From the NCBI GenBank assembly GCA_964016885.1, contig OZ024740.1, positions 222,270,001 to 222,334,000 of the forward strand: a DNA stretch of 64,000 nucleotides, in the 5' to 3' direction. The position numbers and the translations under genes are program-made. Every line of letters starts with the position of its first letter. Positions within the stretch are counted from its first letter, which is position 1. The DNA is from Eledone cirrhosa. Its lineage: Eukaryota. Below the pieces are notes generated by a model. The model was not told the DNA's origin and did no database searches. It saw only the letters and a program-made list of their open reading frames with translations. Positions 45,549-57,392 of the stretch are shown one piece after another.

Positions 45549-46213
45549 TGTAAACTTAAGAAAAATAACAAAGGACAAGACAACGAACGAAAACAATTTT
45601 TAAGGAGAAACCTCAAACATTTATTAAAAAAAAATAAGAATACAAACGAATGACATGGAACTCCAGATTCATCGGCCATTGAGGTGGGCTGTGGCAGTTT
45701 CGACCCCAACGAACGGTATTGCAAGCTCACCCGGGATCGCAGCGTCTGACACAAGCCAAACGCTGGCCAGTAGTGTAAAATACGAAAGACAAAACATTAA
45801 TTTTTAGAAATTAAGCTACAACAAAAACTCATCGAATATTATGTGGTTTCAGGGAAAATGTATGGTGTCTCTTGTAGCACGAGAGTCATGAATGAAATTT
45901 AAAAAAAAAAACAAAATGAAGAAGAAAGTAAGTTATCGTGTTAAAAGAAAGTTGTAAAAGATTGCAATATATGGTGTGGGGAGAAGAGATAAAGCGTTCG
46001 TCACTTAAGATAAACTTTAGAAAAATAACAGAGAGAACAAGGCCGCGACAAAATACAATTTTATATGGGGAAACCTTAAAAGATAATTTTTGAAAAATAA
46101 CAATACAAACGAAGGACTCAGAACTTTAGGGTTATCGGCCGTTGTGGTAGACTTTAGCAGTTTTTACCCCTACCAATGGTACTACTGGCCCACCCGGGGT
46201 CACAGGTTCTGAC
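45549..46213 (-). mobile_element. two diverged ~200-bp solo-LTR-like copies (45549-45751, 46008-46213)
   Basis: The two copies align along their length and both end in TCTGACA. The first is bounded TG...CA and has a minus-strand AATAAA. Confidence 0.4.
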
Positions 46214-46583
46214 ATTTGTGCAAGAAACGAAGATCATACGAACATCATATCAACAGACATATTTATTTCTCCGTTGCACAAGCTGTCTATTCTCCCTTTA
46301 GTTTAATCGTCGAAAGCACAATGGCGTTAAACACTGATGAGAGTATTTAAATGTTTGTGTCATCTTCTCTCGTCCATTTTCTCCTTTTTCTCCTTTTTTC
46401 CTATCACTTCTGTGGGTCAACCCATTTCTAGCCTCTGATTTCTATCCTTTGAGGTAAATTTTACCCGACGCTGTCATTGACGGCACTTTGCTGTTTTAAC
46501 AGCTTCCTTGAGTTATTTCCATTATTCTATGTATTCTAATACACGCGCGCTTGAAAAGCGATATTCGAGATAACTTTGTTTTT

Positions 46584-46617
<34 letters not shown>

Positions 46618-46807
46618 GGTTATACTTGTCGAAACAATATTTGTTTCGACACACGATTTCATATAAAAAACCTCGCAAAACTATATATATATGCATATAC
46701 ACATATGGCATATACAAATGTGGTGTGTTTGCGTGTGAAAGTAAAATAGATATACACATATTTTAACAATCGCAGGTGAATTAGTGCAAAATAGTTCATT
46801 GTAAAGC

Positions 46808-46863
<56 letters not shown>

Positions 46864-47341
46864 CGTATGTGTGTCTGTCTCTGCAATGACTATTTTAGAA
46901 GGATAAATATTGAATTGTTTGTGGATATCATTTTATGTTTTTGTTCGTTGTATCTTTAACAGAACAAAAAGCATAAAATCATACGGTTTAAATATTCAAA
47001 CCTTGAAACCTTGTTCTGGTTACATTATCTTTCGGAGGATAAAATGATACTTTACTATATAATTTGTTGCTTCTTTTAAAAGACTTCAAGTCAATATTGT
47101 ATAAATGACTTCATAGATGAATCGCTTAGAATTATTTTAAATATTATGTATAAAATATACAGACCTCTGAATTATTTTAGGCTTCTGTTATTCTTTATAT
47201 TGCGGTTTGGTTTATGAATTTTCTTTTTGCATTTGCATTGTTATTTTCCCCATTTAGTATTATATTCTGTAGAAAGCATATATGAAAGATATAAATAAAA
47301 CAAAATTAGAATTTGATTTTCCGCCCTAACATGATGGGTTC

Positions 47342-47392
<51 letters not shown>
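47342..47392. repeat. (AAT)n microsatellite
   Basis: Pure AAT run of about 17 units. Confidence 0.95.
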
Positions 47393-47394
<2 letters not shown>

Positions 47395-48399
47395 TTAAAT
47401 CATTTGTGAAATAACAACTCTTAGTATAAATGCTACGTAAAGCATCCGGCTTGAGCCCCAAAAAAATTCGGACCCAAAATATATTGTTATAAGGCTCAAA
47501 TATTCAAATATTCAACTTTGTATTGTACATTGTATATTCAAAAAAGAAAATGGCTATAAATGGAAGAAGAACCCCCCCTCCTCTGTCTACACTATATAGA
47601 ACAGCCAAACAACACCAATCTCACCAACACCAGAAACTAGATACACCACCTACCCCATCACCTCTCTGTGTACACTAAACACAACAGCCAGATAACGGCA
47701 ATTTCACCACCACCACAACCAATCTTAACATAATAAGGATAATAATAAATACTATTATTATTGTCCCAAGTCTTAACAAACTGTTTAATCCCAACATTAA
47801 GGGAATTTGGGTCAACACACACACGCGACTAACCCCATAGACCCACCGAACGGACATCAGTCCTTCATTGCTACCACCGCTACAACAACACCACCACTAC
47901 TGCCATCACTACTACCACTATCCCATCACCGCCGCCACCACTCCTTCATTGCTACCACCGCTACAACACCATCACTACAGTAATACGATCACATCACCAC
48001 CACCACTGCCTCGGTATCGACATCACCACCACCACTGTCTCAGTATCTCTACCGCCGCTACTGTCTCCCATTGCATCTGCTTGTTGCTGCCACCAGATTA
48101 TAGAATTCCTACTAAAAAAGAGGAAGGCATCAAAATATATAGATAGACTCAAAAGAAAAAAGAAAAAACAAACATCAAAACCAAAACAGCACAGCAACAA
48201 CAGCAAAAAACGAGAAAAACAAACAGAGAAAAACTAAAACAAAAAACAAAAAAAAAAACGTAAAGAAAATAAGAATGAAGAGAGAAACAAGCGGACGGAC
48301 AGAGAAGAGAAGGGAAAAACTAAGTCAGACATCCGAACACTACATTACAATGAAACTTATGCTTATTCATTTTTGGGTTTTTTTCTGCCTGTGTGTTTG

Positions 48400-51300
48400 T
48401 TTGTTTATTTGTGTTCGTCTACAGCGTGGTGATAATGCCACACAAGTGCCAAATGGAGCGGCGCAACCACCGGAGACGGTGAACCCACAGATGGCTATGT
48501 AACCATACATTCGCCAATCCTCGATAAGAGTGTTTAAATATCGAACCTAAACAGTTCGAATAACGGTGAAATGGAGACTAGAACGTCATGTGACAGACTC
48601 TCACCCAACAGGTGCTCCCTGGCTCAGCAGCAGGAACCTGACTGTCAACCAAATACTGCTGGTGTTGGAAGAAGAAGGAAAGGGGCCAGAACCAACTGGA
48701 CGAAAGAATTGAATAGAACTGTTATGCAATGTTACCTGAAAAGTAACCCCAAGGAGAGGGGCTATAGGAGACGGATGCATAACATCTGGAACGAGATTGG
48801 TCTATTTAAATTAGATGAACAAATATTGGCCGGGCAGGCTCGGGTAATAAGAACTAATGGGTGGATAAGCGAGCTGGAACTGGAGGAACTGAGCAGAGAG
48901 AATAGCTTGGAGATGGAGGGTGTAGTATGCCAGACAAACGAGCCAGTGGGAAATGAAGGTGAAGAGGTCGAGAGAAAGGAGGAACCACCCGAAGCAGACA
49001 ATGATCTGAATACTGAGATAAATAATACCTGGAACAGAGATACGGCCACTGAGGAGATGAATGCTGACGGGCTAGGACATGATTCGGTTGACATCCTAAA
49101 TTTAGTGGTAGATGAATTGAACAATGATAGTGGGAGACCTATGAACCTAAGATTTGTAGACAGGAAAAAGTTAGAAGAAACAACAGCTAAGGTAAACAAA
49201 GTCATCCCATACCTTGAGGCGAGGAGCCTTCACCAGTGCAACAATATCCTCAAAGCAACAGCAAATACGGTGAGGAAACTACTTGGTATAAAAGCGAGAG
49301 GAAACAACAGACAAGAAAGAGCAGAGCCTTGGTGGAAGAAACGACTGAGTGGTCAAATCAAGGAAATGAGAAATGACATAGGAAAGCTTGAGTCACTACA
49401 GAATGGGACACTAAAAAACATAGGCACTAAAAATAGACTGGAAATAAAGTACAAAACTAGGAGGAAAAAGCTAAATATTATCATAGAGGAACTGAAGCAA
49501 CGCATTGTAGCAAAGAGTGCAAAAAACAGGCGATACGAGAACAGAGTCAGTCAGTATAAACAGAACCGCATGTTCGACAACAACCAGAAGATGCTGTTCA
49601 GACAGCTTGAGGGGAAAGAAAGAGGCAACGACTTGATCCCTGAGGCGGAACAAACTAAAACATTCTGGAGAGGAATATGGGAGCAGGATGTTAGACATAA
49701 TGACCAGGCGGGGTGGATTGAGACAGTACAGAGGGAGATCGGTGAGCAGGCACACCAACAAACTGATTTGAGTATCACAGTTGAAACTCTTAAGGGGCAA
49801 GCCAAAAAACTAACCAACTGGAAATCACCAGGCCCAGATGGTATGCAGGGGTATTGGATTAAAAATTTAACATCCCTCCACCCGAAACTGACGGCCATGT
49901 TCAATGACTGCTTGGTGTCGGGTGAGGTGCCAGAGTGGTTGACAAAAGGTACCACAGTTCTGATAATGAAAGACCGAATCAAGGGTAATGATGTTACCAA
50001 CTATAGACCTATCACATGTCTGTCCGTAATGTGGAAACTGTTGACGAGCATTGTGTCTGAGGAAATCTACCATCACCTCCACACAAACAACTTGTTACCG
50101 GACGAACAGAAAGGATGCCGAAAGAAGTCACGTGGTACAAAGGACCAGTTACTTATTGATAAGATGGTAATGGGGAATTGCAGGAGGAGACACACTGATC
50201 TTGCCATGGGATGGATAGACTACAGAAAGGCATTTGACATGGTGCCTCATTCTTGGATCACCAAAAGCCTGGAGATCTTCAGGGTGGCAGATAACATCAG
50301 ACAGTTGCTGGGCAGGTGTATGGGGTCCTGGGAGACAGAGTTGACATCAACTGGAGTATCCTTGGGAAGCGTGAAGATCAAGAGAGGTATCTTCCAGGGA
50401 GATAGCCTGTCCCCTCTGTTGTTTGTCCTTGCCCTGATGCCCTTGACTATTATGCTGCGAAAAGTGAGAGCAGGATACAAGTTGGGAAAGGGAGAGCTTA
50501 CCAACAATCACCTCCTCTTCATGGACGATCTTAAGCTCTTCGGGAAAAGTGAGAAGGAGTTGGATGTGCTTGTTGACACTGTCCGTATTTTCAGCAGTGA
50601 TATATGTATGCAGTTTGGTATTAGTAAATGTGGAGTCATTGTGATGAAGAGGGGTAGGTTGAGCAGAAGTAACGGAATCCAGATACCAACAGGTGAGATG
50701 ATAAAGGAAATTGACTCTGAGGAAGGATACAAGTATTAGGGCGTTCTGGAGGCTGATGGCATAAAGAACAAAAAAAATGAAGGAATTGTTAAGAACTGAA
50801 TACATTCGGAGAGTAAGGAGCGTATTAAAGTCGCATCTGAACAGCAGAAATGCCATAAGCGCAGTAAATTCCCGAGCTGTGTCTATTATTAGGTACAGTG
50901 CGGGAATTCTGAGATGGAATGTTGCTGAACAAAAAGAAATGGATAGGAAGACTAGGAAGCTATTGACTATCTACAACATGTTCCACAAGAGGAGTGATGT
51001 CGATAGACTCTACCTAAGGAGATCTGAGGGTGGAAGAGGTCTTATCAGCATAGAGGGCTGTGTTCAGATGGAGAAAAACAACCTATACAAATACGTGACC
51101 TATAGTAAGGAGCCAATGCTAAGAACTGTACTGAAGGAGGGGACAGTAGGCCAGGGGATGTCCAAGGAGGAAATAACATCAAGGAGGAAGAGCAGCCTTA
51201 AGGGAAAATCCCTTCATAGTACCTTCTTTGAGAAAACTGAATTTAGAGATCCACAGACATGGAACTGGTTGAGAAGAGGAGACCTCAAAAAGGCTACAGA

Positions 51301-52050
51301 AGGAATGCTAATGGCTGCGCAGGAGCAGGCCCTCAAAACGAAGTGGTTGAAGCACCATATTTACAAGGAGGAGGCTAGCCCACTGTGCAGGATCTGTGGA
51401 GAGAGAGAGGAGACTGTGGCTCACATTGTGTCCGAGTGTAAACACCTAGCCCAGACCCACTATAAGGGCTGGAGACACGATGTGATGGGCAGGGTGATCC
51501 ACTGGCACCTGTGCAAAGTAAACAATTTACCACACTCTGAGAAATGGTATGAGCATAGGCCAGAGGCGGTGATGGAGAACAATCAGGTGAAGGTGCTGTG
51601 GGATTTTAGGATACAGACGGACAAAAAACTGGAACACAATAGACCTGACCTGGTGGTTGTGGACAAAGAAAAAAGATCGTGTCTGATTGTGGATGTGGCC
51701 TGCCCTTTCGACACGAGAGTGCAAGAGAAGGAGAGGGAGAAAATTAACCGATACCAGGACCTAAAGTGGGAGGTGAAAAGGATTTGGAACTGCCATGAAG
51801 TCAAAGTGATCCTGATTGTCATAGGCGCACTGGGGACTATCTCCAAAAGTTTCCAGGGATGGTTAAAGAAAATTGGCCCCGTCACGCTTTTTGGAACGCT
51901 TCAAAAGGCATGCTTGCTTGGAACAGCAAGAACCCTCCGATACGTCCTGAATATCTGAGGCTGCAGGTAGTGGCTTGATATTCATTCCAACGGACTTTCC
52001 AGTTAACCAACACCAATGACTGAGATTCAAGGAATAACAACAATAATAAT
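48400..52050 (+). mobile_element. near full-length R4/Dong-clade non-LTR retrotransposon (RT + CCHC + restriction-like endonuclease)
   Basis: Single-ORF architecture split into two pieces, a short 3' UTR and an (AAT)n tail. The 5' boundary is approximate. Confidence 0.92.
48571..51958 (+). pseudogene. R4/Dong RT-RLE polyprotein with one nonsense codon and one frameshift (ORFs 48571-50739 and 50777-51958)
   Basis: RT motifs WKSPGPDG, NYRPITCL, DYRKAFD, GIFQGDSLSP and LFMDDLK; then CRICGERE...HIVSEC, RHD and RPDLVVVD...IVDVACP. YKY*G has TAG at 50737-50739, and an A-run frameshift lies at ~50770. Confidence 0.92.
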
Positions 52051-52120
52051 AATTGTTTCTACTTTAGGCACAAGGCCAGCAATTATCCAATGCATTACTG
52101 GTACTTTATTTTATCGACCC
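52051..52120 (-). mobile_element. 5'-truncated main SINE inserted in the LINE's (AAT)n tail
   Basis: SINE tail and part of the core, flanked by AAT repeats on both sides. Confidence 0.85.
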
Positions 52121-52496
52121 CAATAATAATAATAATAATACCGCCGCCACTACTCCTTCATTGCTACCACCACTATTCCCCCACTACCTTCGTTAACTTA
52201 AAGAAGGGGAAGGTGGCGGTATCACTAGACAAGGGAGAGGCTAGCAAAAGATATAAATGGACTGACTTAGTGAATCGGTCAAACGTCAACGACTATGGCA
52301 CTGCTGGCTCTTCCCTTCCCCACCAGCAATAGAAAAAGCCCCAGCACCACCACCGACATAACCAACAACAATAACAGGCAACTTCAACAAAAAGTATATT
52401 ATATTATTAATAATAATTTCATTCTTAAGCCAAGCAATGCTCACATTAAAGAACCACTCATTATAATAACAATTTAAAAAACAACAAAAAAGAAAA

Positions 52497-55400
52497 CCCC
52501 GTGACCAAGAAATACCGGGATGGCGGCGGGCGAGGAATAGCCGTGTCTCTAGGGGATGACGACCCCTCTAGTCTTGGTTGACACTCGTCCTAGAAGTGGT
52601 AACGCGAAATGATTAGACCTTGGCGGTTAAGGATAAAACGCGACAAAATAAAATAAATGTCAAATGATAAAATCTCATACCGGATCGGCCGTCACCCGGG
52701 TCAAAAAGGGCCGCGTCCCTCAGAGAGGAACCAGACTGGGGTCGAAAAATCAGCTAATGGTTCAAACCTTCCCATCACTTCGGAGCTGGAGACCACCCAT
52801 AACCGGAATACTCCTACTGTTGGCCCTCCATGCTCACCACCAAGAAATCCAAAGAAAAAGAGAGAACAATGGTCAAGGGAAGACAATAAAGAAGTCCTTC
52901 AGGATTTCTACACTGCCATGTACTACCCATCAAATAGATCGAATACAGAACAAACATATATCAACTGGAAAAAGAAACATCCCGAAAACAGAGGCTATAT
53001 TGACAATAACAAACTAACGGATATACGAAGAAATAGTGTTAAAAAAGTTACTAACTGATATAGAAATTGATCAGATCAAGCTATTAGCACAAAGTCAGCG
53101 AAGGGAAAATGAAACATGTGTCAGTGAAAACGAGGTAAATTGTAACACTTCGAATCCCAGGGATGGGGCAGAATCACTAACAACAGAACAAATTAAAGAA
53201 AGGATCGAAAAAGTGGAAGGAGTGCATGCCCAAGATGAAACGCAAAATGAAAACAATGAGATCGTAAATGATAAAGAAATGAATGAGAATGAACTTGCCA
53301 ACTTGAAGGATGAAATTATGATCGAATGGATGAAAATAAAAGAATCTGACATGGGGGAACGAGACACTCTCCCTAAGATCCAGAACTCCAAACAGAACCA
53401 AAAGATAATACATAAGACTAACATAATTCCCCAAAACATTATCATCACAAACAAACTAAACATTACTGATTTAAATCATCTCTATTATGCATCGGCTAAG
53501 GTCACCACTCACTTATGTGGAGTGAAAATGAAAAAGCAAAGGTATTCCCACAAGAAATCTACTTGGCAAGAGAACATCAATCGCCAAATAAACCTTCTCC
53601 GATCTGACATAGAAATGTTAACAAACTACAAAGTAGATGAACATGTTAAACAAACTAAACTTAGAAAATTGAAAAGAAAATACAGTATAAAATCAACAAG
53701 TGACATAGACATGCTGATAGAAATAATCAAGCAAAAAGTGTCGGCCAAAGCTACTCGTATAAGGCGCTTTGAAAAACCATCTAGATTCTATAAGGACAAT
53801 AATATGTTCAAAAACAACCAAAGAAACTTCTACAGAAGAATTGGCAAGTCAACAATAACTGCTAAATCAATACCACCCAAGGAGGAAGTGCAAGAATTCT
53901 GGGAAAAGATCTAGGCCGAAGAAAAAGTTCATAATATACATACCCCATGGATAGACAGACAAATGAAAGATACAGCTCACCTTGAGGAACACATATGGGA
54001 AAATATAACAGTTGAACAGTTGCGTTTGGCTCTTAGAAAAACCAACAAATGGAAATCCCCAAGAAAAGACAAAATACCAAATTTTTGGATAAATGCCTTC
54101 ACAGAGTCTCATGAGTTGTTAGCCCAACTTTACAATGAAATAGTTAAGGAGCAAGAAAATATACCATCATGGCAAAAATCTATCAATTGCTTGGATAGAT
54201 TATAAAAAAAACATTCGATAGTTTGCCACACAGTTGGATTGAAAAATGTTTAGAGATTTTCAAAATATCTCCCGTTGTCAGGAGGTTCCTGTCATTCAGT
54301 ATGAAGACATGGAAAACGACACTCCTTTTGAATAGTGAAAAAAAAACACTGGAAGCTGGAGAAGTTAAAATTAATTGTGGAATTTTTCAGGGTGACTCTT
54401 TATCACCGCTTTTATTCTGCATCGCACTTATACCATTAAGTAAAATTCTCAATGAAACAAAACATGGATATAAAGTCTATGACAAAACCATTAATCACTT
54501 GTTCTACATGGATGATCTGAAACTATTTGCAAAAAAATGAGAAACAATTGCAAGGGCTATTATCCACTGTGGAGCAGTTCAGTGATGATATTAAAATGGA
54601 GTTTGGACTAGATAAATGCGCCAAAGCAACATTCACCAAAGGAAAGCAGCTGAAAAGATCAGACATTAATTTTGATCGGGGGAATGTGATAAGAGAACTT
54701 GATCAGCATGTTTATGGCATCGATCCTGTTTCTTGCCATACCAGTAGTAAATTAGATTTACAATGTCATCAACTGGTCAAGCACAGAGATCCGTAGGCTC
54801 GATACAAAAATTAGAAAATTCTTAACAATGCACAGAATGCATCACCCTAAGGTGATAGAATATATCTCCCTAGGAAAGAAGGAGGACGTGGGTTAATCTA
54901 GTTAGATATTGCGTTGAAAACTGCAACAATTGGATTATCTACATATCTAAGGGAATCACATGATTGGATGATCAAACTCGTTTTGAAACACGAAAGCATC
55001 AAAAGATCATACTCCATTAAAAAAGATGCATAAAGATACAGTAATGGACAACAAATTTCAGAAGTCCCATTTACTGTTGAAATGGAAAACACAGAAAAAG
55101 CAAAGCAGGTAAAAGTAGCTGCAAAGAAAGAACTGCTACAGAAACTGGCTAAGAAATGGCAAGAAAAGCCTCTGTATGGAAAATACCCAGAAAGAGCTAA
55201 CAATCCTGATGTTGACAAAACATTAATCCATCAGTGGTTGGCATCGTCTGGACTGAAATCAGAGACTGAAGGACTGATTATATCAGCACAAGATCAGTGT
55301 CTGCTAACAAAAAATTACCAAGCCAACATAATAAAAAATGGATGCAACCCATTATGCCGTGTATGCAAAAAACAACCAGAGACCATTGATCATATAAGTT

Positions 55401-56010
55401 CAATGTGCAGTCCTATAGCTCCAACCGAATACCTAAACAGGCATGACAAAGCTGCACAATACATACATTGGATAATGTGTAAGCATTTTGACTGCCCCAT
55501 CAAAAGAATTGGTGGGAGCATCAACAAAAGATGCAAATAGACCTGATATAATACTGAAGGACTTTAAAAAAAGCGTATGCCTGCTAATCGATATGTCCGT
55601 TCCAATAGACAAGAATGTATGTATAAAAATATTTGAAACATTGAGCAAGTATAAGGACCTGGAGATAGAAATTGGAAAAATGTGGAAATTGAGAACTAAA
55701 ACAATACCAGTGGTTGTAGGCGCTCTAGGAATGATACCTAGGGGGTCTAATGATTACTTATCGCAAATCCCAGGAAACTCGCGTATAGGAGAAATACAAA
55801 AGATAGTACTAATGGGAACTGCCCATATACTAAGGAAGATTCTATCAATATAAGTACATCACAAGTCTAAACACCTAAAGATGCATGTGTGAGTATGTAT
55901 GTTCTTTCTTGAACATGGCGGACCTTGTTGTCTCTTGAGGTCACTGGTTGTGACTTGGTGATAACTCGTATGAACATAAAGCAAGATAAATGCAACTGTA
56001 ATAATAATAA
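52497..56010 (+). mobile_element. second R4/Dong-clade LINE family, degraded, with internal RT deletion
   Basis: Motifs WSREDN, KWKSP, GIFQGDSLSP, LFYMDDLK, CRVCKK..HI...C, RHD, RPDIIL..D and VVVGALG. The segment homologous to NYRPITCL...EQKG is missing at ~54170. Ends in (AAT)n. Confidence 0.9.
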
Positions 56011-56185
56011 TTGTTTCTACATTTTGGCACAAGGGCAGCAATTAACCAGTAAATTACTGGTACTTTATTTTATCGACCCCGTAAGGATGACAGGTAAAGT
56101 TAACCTCGGCGGGATTTGAACACAGATCATAAATGGGCGTAACTCTATGCGTCAAAGCATGGCGTCCGACCCTCTACCGATACTG
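56008..56185 (-). mobile_element. main SINE inserted in the (AAT)n tail of the second LINE
   Basis: Reverse-complement consensus match. Confidence 0.88.
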
Positions 56186-56197
56186 ATGTCATAATAA

Positions 56198-57365
56198 TGT
56201 CATAAGTGCAGTGAATTCCCGAGCTGTGTCTATTATTAGGTACAGTGCGGGAATTCTGAAATGGAATGTTGCTGAACAAAAAGAAATGGATAGGAAGACT
56301 AGGAAGCTATTGACTATCTACAAGAAGAGTGATGTCGATAGACTCTACTTAAAGAGATCTGAAGGTGGAAGAGGTCTTATCAGCATAGAGGACTGTGTTC
56401 AGATGGAGAAAAACAACCTGCACAAATACGTGACTGACAGTCAATGCTCAAAATTGAACGGAAGGAGAAGACAATAGACAGGGGATGTCCAAGGAGGAAA
56501 TAACAACAAGGAGGAAGAGCAACCTTCATGAAAAATCCCTTCATAGTACCTTCTTTAAGAAAACTGAATTTAGAGATCCACAGACATGGAACTGGTTAAA
56601 AAGAAGAGACCTTAAAATGGCTACAGAAGGAATGCTAATGGCTGCGCAAGAGCAGGCCCTCAGAACGAAGTGGGTGAAACACCATAATTTTAAGGAGGAG
56701 GCTAGCCCACTGTGTAGGATCTGTGGAGAGAGAGAGAGAGGAGACTGTGGCTCACATTGTATCCGAGTGTAAACATCTAGCCCAGACTCACTATAAAGGC
56801 TGGAGACATGATATGATAGGCAGGGTGATTCACTGGCATCTATGCATAGTAAACAATTTACCACATTCTGAGAAGTGGTATGAGCATAAGCCAGAGTCGG
56901 TGATAGAAAACGATCAGGTGAAGGTGCTATGGGATTTTAGGATACAGACGGACAAGAAATTAGAACACAATAGGTCTGATCTGGTGGTTTTGGACAAGGA
57001 AAAATGATCGTGCCTGAATGTAGATATAGCCTGCCCATTTGACACAAGAGTGCAAGGAGAGGGAGAAAATTAACCGATACCAGGATTTAAAGTGGGAGGT
57101 AAAAAAGATTTGGAACTACCATGAAGTCAAGGTAGTCCCGATTGTCATAGGCGCACTAGGTACTATCTCAAAGAGTTTCCAAGGATGGTTAAAGTAGATT
57201 AGTGCAGCACCGCTTTTTAAAACACTTCAAAAGGAATGCTTGCTGGGAACAGCGAGAACCCTCCGATACGTCCTGAATATCTGAGACAGCAGGTAGCGGC
57301 TTTATATTCATTTCAACAAACTTTCCAGTTAAATGATATCAATGACTGAGACTCAAAGAATATAT
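56198..57365 (+). mobile_element. 5'-truncated copy of the first R4/Dong family
   Basis: Closely similar to 50850-52035 (NSRAVSIIRYSAG ... LRYVLNI and 3' UTR), with extra stops and indels. Ends in (AAT)n. Confidence 0.92.
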
Positions 57366-57392
57366 AATAATAATAATGATAATAATAATAAT

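Noticed and set aside
46334-46345. CTGATGA (also 62274)
   Set aside because: No downstream helix II-GAAA or closing helix, so it is a chance 7-mer.
48762-51885. Antisense ORFs over the LINEs (also 53095-55648 and plus-strand ORFs 58098-60980)
   Set aside because: They are shadow frames of retrotransposon coding sequence.
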